Shown here: positions 21,800-34,651 of the stretch, piece by piece
Numbering within the stretch: position 1 is the first letter of the stretch
Layout of the letters: each line of letters opens with the position of its first letter
Origin: Caecitellus pseudoparvulus
Lineage: Eukaryota; Protista; Bigyra: Bicosoecida
DNA length: 64,000 bases
NCBI GenBank assembly: GCA_965644315.1
Contig: CBFFRQ010000067.1
Span: forward strand, 558,001-622,000
Reading direction: 5' to 3'
Position numbers and translations under genes: made by a program
Notes under the pieces: generated by a model
Seen by the model: only the letters and a program-made list of their open reading frames with translations
Database searches by the model: none
Told to the model about the DNA's origin: nothing

Positions 21800-24700
21800 T
21801 CACGCGGCCGTGTCAGCCCAAATCAACGCTTCGACGTTGTAGAAGGCGCCGATCTTGCGGGTATCCCCATCACACAGCTTCTCAATGGTGGCCTTCACCT
21901 TGGCCGCGATGTCAGGTCGCGCCAGGCCGTCTGGGCCACCCCCCTTCGCGTACGCATCGCGCCAGAACCGCTGCGCAGTCTCAAACAGCCCAGGGCCCAG
22001 CCGGCGCAGATTCTCCTCGCTCTGCTTGGACCGCTCCTCGCGCAGGAAGTGCTTGACGTCAATCTGCACCTTGGACGGCTCCTCGCCACCCTGCTCAGAG
22101 GCAGGCGGAAAGCCGGCGGCAGGCGCCTCGCTGCCCACCGGCCCGATGCCGGGCGCCTGCACACCAGCTGCCGGGTTGGCCAGGCCAGGCGCACTCGCAT
22201 GCGGACCTGCCTCCTCCGCCTCCACATCCACCTGGGAAGCCATGAGCTCCATCATGGCACTGCGCTCCTGGTTCCGCTCCCCCCGCATCTTGTTCATGTA
22301 CGACGGCACGACGAACTCCAGGTCATCCTCCTCTCCGGCCAGCGCCTCCAACTGGAAACCCTGGTCGTACGCCGCCTCCCCCTCACCCTCCTCATCTCCA
22401 AACTCAGTGTACACTGTCTCGATTGTGCCGGAGGGGTCGAACCCGTCACCAGCCGTGCCAGTGGCAGCGGAGGGCGCCTCGGGGACGACGGGCGGCGCAG
22501 CGACCTTTCCAGGTCGCTGCGCGACCTGCACGCCATCCCGCGACCCGCCCCTCGCACCCTGCACGGGCGTCGAGGCAGGGGGAGCACCGCCCTGCGCCAT
22601 GGGCGGGGCGTCGGTGTAGGACAAGCTGCCGAGGTGGGAGAGGACCCCCCCCTCCACCTCCCGAGCCACCCCCCCCTCCTCGTCCGTGTCGTCATCCTGC
22701 ATGCTCCACTCCGGTGCGCGGTGGGCTGACATGCGTGCCAGGCTGGACTGCGCACGGGGGGTGCTGCCTGCACTGCCCCCTGGCTCCAGCACTGACAGCC
22801 CAGTGGCCGACACTGGCCGGCTGCTGCCCCTGCTGCCACCTCCCCGCCGTGGCGTGCGGTGCACCGTAATACCCGCCCCGCCGGACGTCGGCGCGACGTG
22901 TGCAGTGGCCTTGTCCACCTTGAACCCGGCAGCACCACTGGCACCTGAGCTGGGGCGGCTGGACCCCCCCGCTGTGGGCAAGCCCCCTGCACTGACGCTG
23001 CGGTCCCGCTGCGTCTCGCCTTTGCGCTTGTGGGCACCTGGGGTCCGGGCGGGTGTACCGGCACTGGCGTCTCCCAGGCTACGAGGGTCTGTGTCGGGCT
23101 CGTCCAGGTGGACAGCTGACGTCAGCTGCTCCATGCCCACGCCCGGACCCAGAGTGCCGCCCAAAGCGTACCTGCCCGTGCTCACGATGGGGCGGTCTGT
23201 GGACGCCGGGGCACGACCTTGCATCGTGCCCCGCGCCACGGACATCGGACTCGTGGGCGCACTTCGTGCCGGCGCTGTGGCTGGCGCCTTCGCCACTGTG
23301 GGCAGCGAGTCACCCCCCGCACCAGTGCCCTGGGCAGGCGCAGGTCCTCGTCGCGGCGTGCGACCTGAGCTGCCCGTCGCATAGCGACCCACCTGCCCTT
23401 CCATGCCCCCCAGCCCAGGCACGCTGCTGGCTGTGTGTCTGTGCGCGTAGGCTGCTGCCGTGCCTTGGCGCTCTGCTGCGTTGGCGTCAGCTGCAGCTGC
23501 CATGCGTTTCATCTCCTCAGCGGCCCGGGCCGCTTTCCGGGCAGCCAACCGCTCCTTCGCTGAAAGATGTGCTGTCGATGGTGCTGGGGCTGGGGCTGGG
23601 GCTGGGGCTGGGGCAGGTGACTCCGTGGGGGCTGGTGCTGGAGCTTGCTCGGGGCTGCCACCCGCCGCCGCTGCCGGAGGTCCACTGGGTGCTGCAGGAG
23701 TCACCACTTCGCGTGTGCTGCCGCCCTGTGCCAGGCGTGCTGCAGCTGCCCGCGTGAGGTCGTGGCGCAAGACGTCCTTGGCAGTGGGGCGCTGTGTGGG
23801 GTCCTTGTTCAACAGCCACTGCACCAGCTGCCAGAGGGAGTCAGAGAAATGGTCCGGGATGCGTTTCGGCGTGTCCTGCGGCGGGGGGGGCAAGGCGGCA
23901 GTCAGGGCCCGTGCCATGAGAGGGGGGCTTGCATCACGCAAAGTGCCGGGCGCGCTGTCTCACCGTGACGATTTTGAACACCAAGCCGAGCAAGTTGGAC
24001 GCCTCGAACGGATGCCGCAGCGTGCACAGCTCGTACAGAATGCAGCCCAGCGCCCACATATCGCTCTCGGGGCCATAGGGCTTGTTCTCGCACACCTCTG
24101 GCGACATGAAGTAGGGCGTGCCCGCGACTGTCTGTGCCTTGTCCATGGTGTTCTCAAGCACCCGAGCGATGCCAAAGTCACCCAGCTTCACTTGATTTGT
24201 CGCAGTGAGGAAGATGTTGCCAGGCTTGAGATCGCGGTGCAGCACGCGGTGTGAGTGGCAGAAGTCGATGGCAGACGTGAGCTGGCAGAACCAGTCCATG
24301 ACTTGCTGCGGTGGGAGGGTGGGGGGGCACAAAGCGTGAGCGTGTTGCCAGGTCGCCGCGACCCAGTCACGAGCAAGGACCGAGGGCGCCGCACTGCGGC
24401 ACACAGCTTTCGCGGCACGCACAGCCTCAGAGAAGTAGCGCTTGGCCTTCCTTTGCTTCTTCACGAGGCGGGACAGGTCGCCCCCTTCGCAGTACTGCGC
24501 AGCCAGGTGCAGCGGCAGGGGTGTGCGTGAAGCCACCATGAAACGTGCGACTTACAGCGCACAGAGCAGCCGCTGGCGCCCTGCCCGCGCTGCCACGCAC
24601 CTCCATGACGATGTACAGATTGTTCTTGCTCTTGAAGGAGTCCTTGTACCGCACGATGAAGATGTGCTTCAGTGTCGCCAACAGCGCTGCCTCGGCCAGT

Positions 24701-24846
24701 GCCGACTTGCTGGCCCGCTCATCCAGACCCTCCAGGGCCACCTCCTTCATGACGAACCACTCCTGGCTACGCACGTCCTGCACCAAGTGTGCTGCGCCAT
24801 AGTTGCCGCGGCCCAGCACCTTGTGCTTCACGTAGCGCTGGCTCAT
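21800..24846 (-). CDS. NIMA-related (NEK) Ser/Thr kinase with long disordered C-terminus (4 exons)
   Basis: LGRGNYG, IVME|YCEGGDL, HRDLKPGNIFL, VKLGDFGIARVL, GTPYFMSPEVCENKPY, SDMWALGC. Confidence 0.92.
23584..23614. repeat. (CTGGGG)n coding microsatellite (Pro-Ala run in NEK)
   Basis: Five tandem hexamers read directly. Confidence 0.8.
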
Positions 24847-24855
24847 GCTGGACAG

Positions 24856-24864
24856 GTGCGGAAA
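24856..24864 (-). promoter_or_regulatory. Candidate gene-proximal motif WTTCCGCAC (representative instance, ~10 nt upstream of the NEK ATG)
   Basis: Recurs near ATGs or in introns of many genes in the window (see findings). Confidence 0.4.
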
Positions 24865-25187
24865 ATGGACGCAGTCGATGAGCTGCGGAGTAACCGCAGC
24901 TGCCCTGCCCACTGCCGGTCAGCAGGGGTAGGCACACGCAGCGGCCAGTGCCAGTGAATCGCAAGACACGCGGGAGTGGCTTCGTGTGGGTTGTCTCTGC
25001 CTGGCGCGTGCGGGGTGGGGCGGCACGGTGCAACGCCACCACGCTGTGTTGCCGCTGTGCCTAACCTTGTGCAACGCTGCTCAGGCACACAGAGCGGACC
25101 CCATGAGGGGGTTGAATGCAAAACTGCGCTTTGTGTGTGTGAATTTGATTCTTCTCCCACTCACACTGGCGCCTTGGCCGAGTCAGA

Positions 25188-27882
25188 TCAATAAAAGGAC
25201 ATGTCGCCGAGCTGCGCAGTTGGACTGGCTTGGGCGGGGGGAGGCGTGGTCTGCCCGGGCTCGCCCCCCCCTTGCACAGTGGATGCAACCGAGGCCAGGG
25301 AGACATCCAGCCTACTCGCACCTGAGCCGCCAGTCCTCCCACCCGACGCCCATGGGTCGTGGAGGGCCGCACCCTCCCACTCGGCACTGCCCCTGTGAAG
25401 TGTTGCAGTCGCAGGGGAAGAGAGGGGGGGTGTCTCCCCTCCCCAGACCCCCCCCCTCCGACCGTCCAGGGCCTGCCGTGCCCACACACGCCGTACGGCT
25501 GAGGGGGGGCCTGTGGCGACCGCGCTGGGCAAGCCAGCGGCCAGGCCAGTGGCGGTGGGCCCACCCCCCCCTCTTCGTGCAGGTGGGGACGTGGGACTGG
25601 CAGCCAGAACAGCACTCCAGCGCCGAGGCCGGTCGGGTGTTCGGGGTGGGCCCATCCCCACTTCCAGGGCCCCTTGAGGGAGCGGGACTGGGGAGGCGGG
25701 GCCCCTCCACACCGACGAGTCCTGGGCCGTGACGCCGCCCCCATCGGAGCTGGCACCCCCCCCTCCACTACCACTACCCCCCTCCTGGTCCAAGCTGCCT
25801 CCCCAACCACTGGCCAGCCAGGATGGCCGGGAAGAGGGCGTGCGAGGGGTGTCGAGGGGGGCTTTGCCGCCCCCTCGCCGCCGCCGCCGCTTCTCAGCCG
25901 GGGCCTGGAACGAGCCGTACGAGGGGGGTCGCGACCCCCCTCCCCGGCCGGCAGCCTGCGCGCCCAGGGGTGTGGACGCCCCCGAGTGCAGCAGGGACGC
26001 TGTGCCTTCCCTGCCAGCGGCCCAGCCCCATCGAGAGGCGGGGGCAGTGGAGCTGGTCACGAACTCCTTGTGGGCCAGGCCGGGCCGCCGCAGCCAACAG
26101 TTCACAAAGGCAGCCTGCAGGAAGACCAGGAAGCTCCCGCCGCTCACCACACTCGTGAACACCGTGCCCAGATTCCGTGTGATCCACTGCCCCAAGTCCT
26201 GCAGGAAGGACGCTCGCACGCGGCACTTGCGACCTGCCCAGCCGAGGTCGCAGATGCACTGGCCAGGAAGGCGGCAGAAGCCGTGCTGGCAGCCATCCAG
26301 ACACCGCGGCGTGGCACAGGCACCCCCTTCCCACCCTGCATCGCATGCACACCGCGTTCCGGTGGTGTTCAGCACTTGCCCTGGCGGCAGGCAGTGCCCG
26401 TGGTCGCAGTTGTGCGCGCCACACTCGGTCACGTTGCACCGCGGCGGCAGCCACCCCCGACTGCAGGCACAGGTGGCCCCCGGCACAAACGGGGGCACGT
26501 CCACTGCCTGGGAGCCAGGGACAGAGCAACTGCCGTGTCGGAAGCAGACTGCGCCTTGCGCCTGGCACAACAAGTTCAGCGTGGAGCTCCAGACATCAGC
26601 GGTCATGTGAAGGGGCGCACCCCCCTCGCGCCACGCGGCACCCCCCACGAGGAACAGAAACGCCTGACCTGAGATCGTGGTGGAGGTCGAACGCACGAGC
26701 CCATAGTTGTACCGCGCGCCCCAAGGCAGGGCGGGAGTCACTTGCACCCAGCCACGCCCATCAGCGGAACGCCAGAGGCCCCCCTCCACGCCCCCGCCAC
26801 TCCCCCCACTCGTGGACGTGCCGGACGTGGCGCTGTCGTCAGTCACAGGCGCAGTGGACGTGCCGGTGCGCGCCGCTGCGGTGAGGTGCCCCCGTGGCCC
26901 CAGCCCTGGCCCCACCCACAGCTCACCCTGATACCACTCACAGCCGAAATTGGACCGGGGGGCCCACGTGGCCGGGTCGGCAGGTGCGACGAAAACACTG
27001 GCGTCGTCGCCCCCTGGCGGCTCGGGTGGGGCGAACGTGTCGTCAGCGGCGCTGTCGCTGGATGTTGAGCCAGGTCGCACCGAGCCAGTCTTGGTCGCAG
27101 ACCACGACCGCCCGCCAGTGTGGCTCACCCACACATCGCCGTACACAGTGCCGGTGGCGACATCTGCGCCGCCCAACAGCCACATGCCGCCGGCGGGGTC
27201 CACTGCCGAGCAAGCAAATGCTCGGCCAGGCCACGGTGCCGTAGGCACCACCTGGCTCCACACGCTGCCGTTGCTGGAGGACCAGACGTCAGACACCGCG
27301 CGGCCAAAGGCGTCCATGCCGCCCACCAGCAGCACCTCGCTGCCTGTCCACTGCACGGACATGCCCCACCGGGCTGACCAGGGCGCAGCACCAGTCAAAC
27401 GCACCCACTCCGCGCCCTCTGCACTGTACCACACGTCGTGCATGGGGTAGGAGAGGAAGGGGTTGGACAGGTCAGCATACTGCCGACCTCCCATCAGCAG
27501 CAGGCCAGAGGGGATGCCCACCAGGGCTGCACCTGTGCGGCCCAAGAAGGGTCCCTGAGCCGTGCGTTGCTCCCAGTGCACGCCGTCTGGACTGCTCCAC
27601 ACGTCGGCGAAGATGTGGCTGCCGTTCGTGCCTCCCGCCAGCCACAGCTGGTCGTTGAAGGCCGCAATATCCCCCACTTCCCGGGCTGACCAAGCCTTGT
27701 GGCCGCCCAGGGAGGTCCACGTTGCTGCAGCGACGGCGCGGAGAGCAGGGTGGCTCCAGCGAAACACACGTGAAACGCAGACTGCGCCACCACGCACCGT
27801 TGGACGAAACTGATTGCGATGAGGAGCACGTGAACAGCACCAGGTGGATGATCAAGGGTAACAGCACTGAGAAACTAGCCAT
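25188..27882 (-). CDS. Predicted type I membrane protein: signal peptide, kelch-like W..R...GG...DVWSS.DG repeats, EGF-like repeats, TM helix, low-complexity tail
   Basis: Exon 1 MASFSVLLPLIIHLVLFTCSSSQS; repeated LWLAGG/DVWSS motifs; Cys-rich C.HG.C...C.C..GW.G..C units; hydrophobic VFTSVVSGGSFLVFLQAAFVNCWL. Confidence 0.75.
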
Positions 27883-28151
27883 TACGGCCCGCCCCCGTTG
27901 GGTGGCTCCGCTGTGCGTCGCCCAGCGCGCTCCGATCCCCTCCCGTCCAGCTCGCTGCAGGCTGAACTGCGCCGTAAGCAAACACCAAATGCAGACAGGC
28001 GCACTGACCCAGTGCGCGCCACGCCCCATGCAGGGCGTGTTGGAGCCTGGCCGTTCAGGATTTTGCGACTTGGCCATTCCGGCCTCGGATCAGGCAGTGG
28101 CTTGCATTTCACCACACATCACACCAGAGCACAAGCAGGCATGCGCAGCAC

Positions 28152-30559
<2,408 letters not shown>

Positions 30560-30708
30560 GGTGGGCAAGAAGGGGGGGCTTTGTAGCGCACAACTACATG
30601 CCGTGTGGGCACACTGAAGTTGGCCTGTGGCGGTGCATTTGGAGAGTGGCGCGGCGCGCTCAAATGTGCCGCTACATCGTGTGCGGCTTTTGCAGCAGGC
30701 TGCACACC

Positions 30709-32793
30709 TCAACCCCTCTCGCAGGGCACCGCCGCAGACAGCAAGCACAGCATGCTCACCATGCACTCTGCCAAGTGCGCCCGAGTGCTACCCACGCTGT
30801 CAGCGGCCATGGCCAACAGGGCCGACAAGCCCTCGCTGGTCTGCCCCTCCACCAGAGAAGCGACAGCTTCAGCCCGGTTGATGGGGTGCAGCGTCATGGA
30901 GAAGGGGAAGACCACCTGCGCCACCTCGTGTGTGTGCAAGGGCAGCTGCTTCCGAGGCGGTGCCGGTGCACGGGCCCCCGAGGCGTGCAGGGCCCCCGCC
31001 AACGACACGAAGTCTGCCAAGTACTTCTTCTGCACAGTGGGGGTGGTGAAGCCCACGCCCGTTTTCGTGACACCTGCAGACGGCCGGTTCGCACGGTGCC
31101 TGCGCAGGGACACGGTGCTGATGACACTGCCCTCTTTGTCGCGCTGTGCGCCAAAGCCTGTGCTGCCGCCGCCCGCCTCCGAATCCGCCAGGGAGTGCCA
31201 GCCAGAAGCAGTGACGATGGTGCTGCCGTCCCCCTCCCCCACGCCGCCTTCCTCGGCGCCCTCCCCTCGAGCATCCATGAGCAGTGCGTGCAACCTCCAT
31301 CTTGTAAAGGCTGCTTTCTCGCCACCGCCCTTCTGCACCTTGTTCGTCCCTGTCGCGGCAAGGCCAGGCAACGCAGCACCCCCGTGCAAAACGCCCCGCA
31401 ATGCCTCGCTCAGCTGCAGCGAACTGTGTCTCCAAACGTCGCGCACAGACAGGGCTTGCTCCTCACGCCCCTGCCAGCCTCCACCGTCGCTGCCTTCTGC
31501 CGCCCCGTGCAGAATGCTGCATGCAGCAGCTGCGCGTAAATCCCACGGTGGCACTGGCGCGGCAGCTCGAAACCCCTCGCGGTCACAGGCACTCCACCCC
31601 GCAGCACAGGCCCGCCGCAGCGCCTGTGTGCACCAATACCCCAGCCCCGGGTGTGTCAGCGCCACACACAGCAGCAACGCCATGCAGCCCGTGGCGGAAT
31701 CGGCACGCTGCCACGCTGGCGCCATGCTCACTGCAAGAGGCGGCGTGCCAGCACACCCTGGCAGCGTGGCAGCAGACGGCGGCGTGTGCAGTGCATCCCG
31801 CACCCGCTGTGAGTGTGGCGCGGACAGCAACACCTCCGGGACGCTGTCGACTGCCCGTGCACATCGCCGGGTCATCTCCGCCGACCCCAGGCCCAAAGTG
31901 TGGCTCCACGCCGCCAAAATCAGAGCACGGTTGGGCTGTGGAAGGGCAATGCCGAGGCAGGCGCACAGCAGGCTGGTCAGGTGCTCCAGGGAGCCGCAGC
32001 TGGGCAGTGGCCGCGCGCCGGGTGTAAAGAAAGTGGCTGCGAACGTGCAGTGCTCCCGTAGGTGCGCAGGCAGGCCCCCCCACGCAGCCATGTATGGGAA
32101 CTCCCCCTGCGCCGCCCCTCGAAGCACCTCCACTGCTGTCAAGGGCAAGTGCGCCATGCGCACAGCTGCCAGCGTCACCGCCAGAGTCAACTCACAGCTG
32201 ATGCCGGGGATCCAGGGGCTTGGGACGCCAGCCGGCAGAACCGACACGTACCGCCGGTCATGGGGCAGCACCATGTCCCCATTTATGATCGCGAACATGG
32301 GGTACGCGTGCCGTGCACGCTGCCCCGTGGCTGACCCCACGCCGACACGCTGCTCGCCACTCCACCACTTCAGGTATCGCTTCACGATGCCACGCACGTT
32401 TGCCGCGTGCTCTCGCCGCAGTTCGCGTGTAGGGAGGAGGCGAGACAGCCAATCCACCTGTTGCTCCATGATGTACAGCCAAGAAGACAGCACCCGCCGC
32501 TGGACTTCCCCAGATGTCGGCAACCTGACCACGTCTGAAACGGTGTTTCGCCTGCGTTTCGTGGCTGCACGCACGTTCAGGTTGCCGTCCTCCACGTCTT
32601 GGGCTTGCAGCCGGACGTCTTTGGACTGTGTGCCACAGTTTCCACATGCCCACACGCCGAAGCCAGTGTTCACAAAGTTGCGAGAGCCACACACGTCGCA
32701 CAGCCGCGAAGCCCGGGACTGCTGTGAGGAAGAGTGGCCCACCACCTCGCTCTCTTCAAAGTCGCCATACCCCACTGCAGCGAGCCCGCTCAT
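30709..32793 (-). CDS. RNA polymerase I initiation factor TAF1B/Rrn7-like protein
   Basis: N-terminal Zn ribbon CDVCGSRNF...GVWACGNCGTQ, plus TLAVTLAAVRMAHLPLTAVEVLRGAAQGEFPYMAAW resembling the conserved Rrn7 cyclin-fold segment. Confidence 0.65.
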   Translation of the reverse strand: MSGLAAVGYGDFEESEVVGHSSSQQSRASRLCDVCGSRNFVNTGFGVWACGNCGTQSKDVRLQAQDVEDGNLNVRAATKRRRNTVSDVVRLPTSGEVQRRVLSSWLYIMEQQVDWLSRLLPTRELRREHAANVRGIVKRYLKWWSGEQRVGVGSATGQRARHAYPMFAIINGDMVLPHDRRYVSVLPAGVPSPWIPGISCELTLAVTLAAVRMAHLPLTAVEVLRGAAQGEFPYMAAWGGLPAHLREHCTFAATFFTPGARPLPSCGSLEHLTSLLCACLGIALPQPNRALILAAWSHTLGLGSAEMTRRCARAVDSVPEVLLSAPHSQRVRDALHTPPSAATLPGCAGTPPLAVSMAPAWQRADSATGCMALLLCVALTHPGLGYWCTQALRRACAAGWSACDREGFRAAAPVPPWDLRAAAACSILHGAAEGSDGGGWQGREEQALSVRDVWRHSSLQLSEALRGVLHGGAALPGLAATGTNKVQKGGGEKAAFTRWRLHALLMDARGEGAEEGGVGEGDGSTIVTASGWHSLADSEAGGGSTGFGAQRDKEGSVISTVSLRRHRANRPSAGVTKTGVGFTTPTVQKKYLADFVSLAGALHASGARAPAPPRKQLPLHTHEVAQVVFPFSMTLHPINRAEAVASLVEGQTSEGLSALLAMAADSVGSTRAHLAECMVSMLCLLSAAVPCERG

Positions 32794-33377
32794 GCTGACT
32801 ATGGAGTACTGCGTGCAGAGAGGTCCGCCCCTGCCAGCAGGACTTCGCTGGCCCGCCCTCTGCCGCCGCTCTAGTGCTCAGCTCGGCTGCTCGGGCAATC
32901 CTGCCTACTTCGCCCGCACTTGCATGAGCCAATACTTCGTCCAGGGCCCCTGCTCTGGATGGCAAACGGGTGGAGAGGGGGGAACTTATACTTGAAATTC
33001 CTGTCAAAGTGCTTGTGGAGGGAAATGGTTTGAGCAAAGGTTGCATTTGGAAGGAGTAAGTGAACGCGTCTACGATGATGCTTTTGCCATCCCGTTAGCA
33101 TTCGTAGTTCTCGCAACTCGAAGTCTGGACCCTCGCAAATTCAATTGCACTACCGTTTGATCCACAACCACGAGCATCGTAAGCACGCTGGCTCCAACCT
33201 TATGAGCCCAGATTCCTGTTTTGAAGTGCTTGCCAACGGAAGGCACAACAATGCTCGGCACTCCAAGTCGGCTTGCGCTCTCGGTGCGTGGGGGCGATAC
33301 CTTCCCGCGCAGTGTGGAGTCCACTGCAACGTGCAATGCTTCCTGCGCAGCCCCTGGCTGGCAACTCTTCCCAGTCC

Positions 33378-34628
33378 ATGCTCTCCAGCAAGCGGTCCGG
33401 AGGGGCGCGGGGCGGAGCAAAATCCGCTCGGAAGCGCAGCACTGCTGCCAAAGCAGTGCACCCTTCGCCTCTGAGGCAAGAGGCTACCCCGGCGCGGCCC
33501 TCATCGACGCACCAAGACACGACGGCACGCAAGCTCACTTTTGTGACAGAAGCTCAGCAGCATCAAGTTGTGTCCGAACGCTCCTGCTTGGATCAGAGCA
33601 CACCGCCACGTCAACGGCAGCAGTGCTCGACACCCACACCCATCGCGCCAACACCAAGCACAGTGCGACACGTCCCACCTCCAGGACTGTCATTGACCGG
33701 CGCGGCGACACCGTACATGCAGCGGTACCTTGCCGTGAAGCTGAAGGAGGCACAGCAGCGCATCGAAGCATTGGAGGCAGGCGAGCCGAGTGCTGCACCA
33801 CCGGCCATGCCAGATGTCGTGGTGAAGCTGCAGGGAAAAGTGCAGTGGTTACTGGCTGAGAACGAGCGACTCCGAGATGCGCTTGCATGTGCAGTGGCAA
33901 AGGCGTCGCCAGGGCGAGGCAGCAGCATTGCAGCTTCGCAGCTGGCTCGGCGCATGCTGGCAGACGCCCTGAAGGGCAAGCGAGCCAAGAGGCCGGGAGG
34001 CATGCCAGACCTGATAATCCGCGCTGGGAAGCACAGTCCGAGGCAGACGTTCAACACGCCTGGAAGCCTGCCCGGCACTCCTGCAACACAAGCACAGAGT
34101 TGCAGTGGGCTCAGCTTTCACTCACCCGGGACACCGCCAACACGCAGCACCCAAGGCTCCCCCGCCGAGACCCTACGCCACCCGGCTGTGACACCCGGCA
34201 TTTTCTTCTCGTCGCTGGCTTCTGCGAGTCCTGCCGGCGTTGCGGCCGTGGCACGGGCTGGGTCCCGGGCTCACTTGACGGGTCTCGTGCGAGCTCGTGC
34301 TGCTGCGTCACCATGCCCGGCGTTGCCACCGAAGCTCTCCTTCATTGAGCGAGCATTCCTAGCAGCTGGAAGCGGAGACGCCTCTACGCTCCAGTGCCTT
34401 CTGGATGAGGGACTCTGCCCTGATGTGATGGACGCGCAGGGGGCCACCCTACTCGTGACTGCAGCAAGCGGCGGCTGCGCAGAATGTGTGCATGCTCTTC
34501 TGCAAGCGGGCGCCGACGTGGCGCTGCACGCAGGCGGTGCCACGAACACCAGTGCATTGAAGGCTGCGGTGTCTGGGAATCATCTAGAGGCTGCACGTCT
34601 CCTCATCCAGGCGGGCGCGCCGTGGTAG
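33378..34628 (+). CDS. Hypothetical protein with coiled coil and ~3 C-terminal ankyrin repeats
   Basis: KLKEAQQRIEALE / LLAENERLRDAL coiled coil; AAGSGD..LQCLLDEG, AASGGCAECVHALLQAGADV, AAVSGNHLEAARLLIQAGA. Start codon uncertain. Confidence 0.7.
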   Translation: MLSSKRSGGARGGAKSARKRSTAAKAVHPSPLRQEATPARPSSTHQDTTARKLTFVTEAQQHQVVSERSCLDQSTPPRQRQQCSTPTPIAPTPSTVRHVPPPGLSLTGAATPYMQRYLAVKLKEAQQRIEALEAGEPSAAPPAMPDVVVKLQGKVQWLLAENERLRDALACAVAKASPGRGSSIAASQLARRMLADALKGKRAKRPGGMPDLIIRAGKHSPRQTFNTPGSLPGTPATQAQSCSGLSFHSPGTPPTRSTQGSPAETLRHPAVTPGIFFSSLASASPAGVAAVARAGSRAHLTGLVRARAAASPCPALPPKLSFIERAFLAAGSGDASTLQCLLDEGLCPDVMDAQGATLLVTAASGGCAECVHALLQAGADVALHAGGATNTSALKAAVSGNHLEAARLLIQAGAPW

Positions 34629-34651
34629 AGCACAGCGCCACCTTCGGCGCA

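Noticed and set aside
30605-32995. 796-aa antisense ORF spanning the TAF1B-like gene
   Set aside because: No recognisable motif. This register has few stops when the sense gene is GC-rich and Tyr-poor, and similar shadows occur throughout the window.
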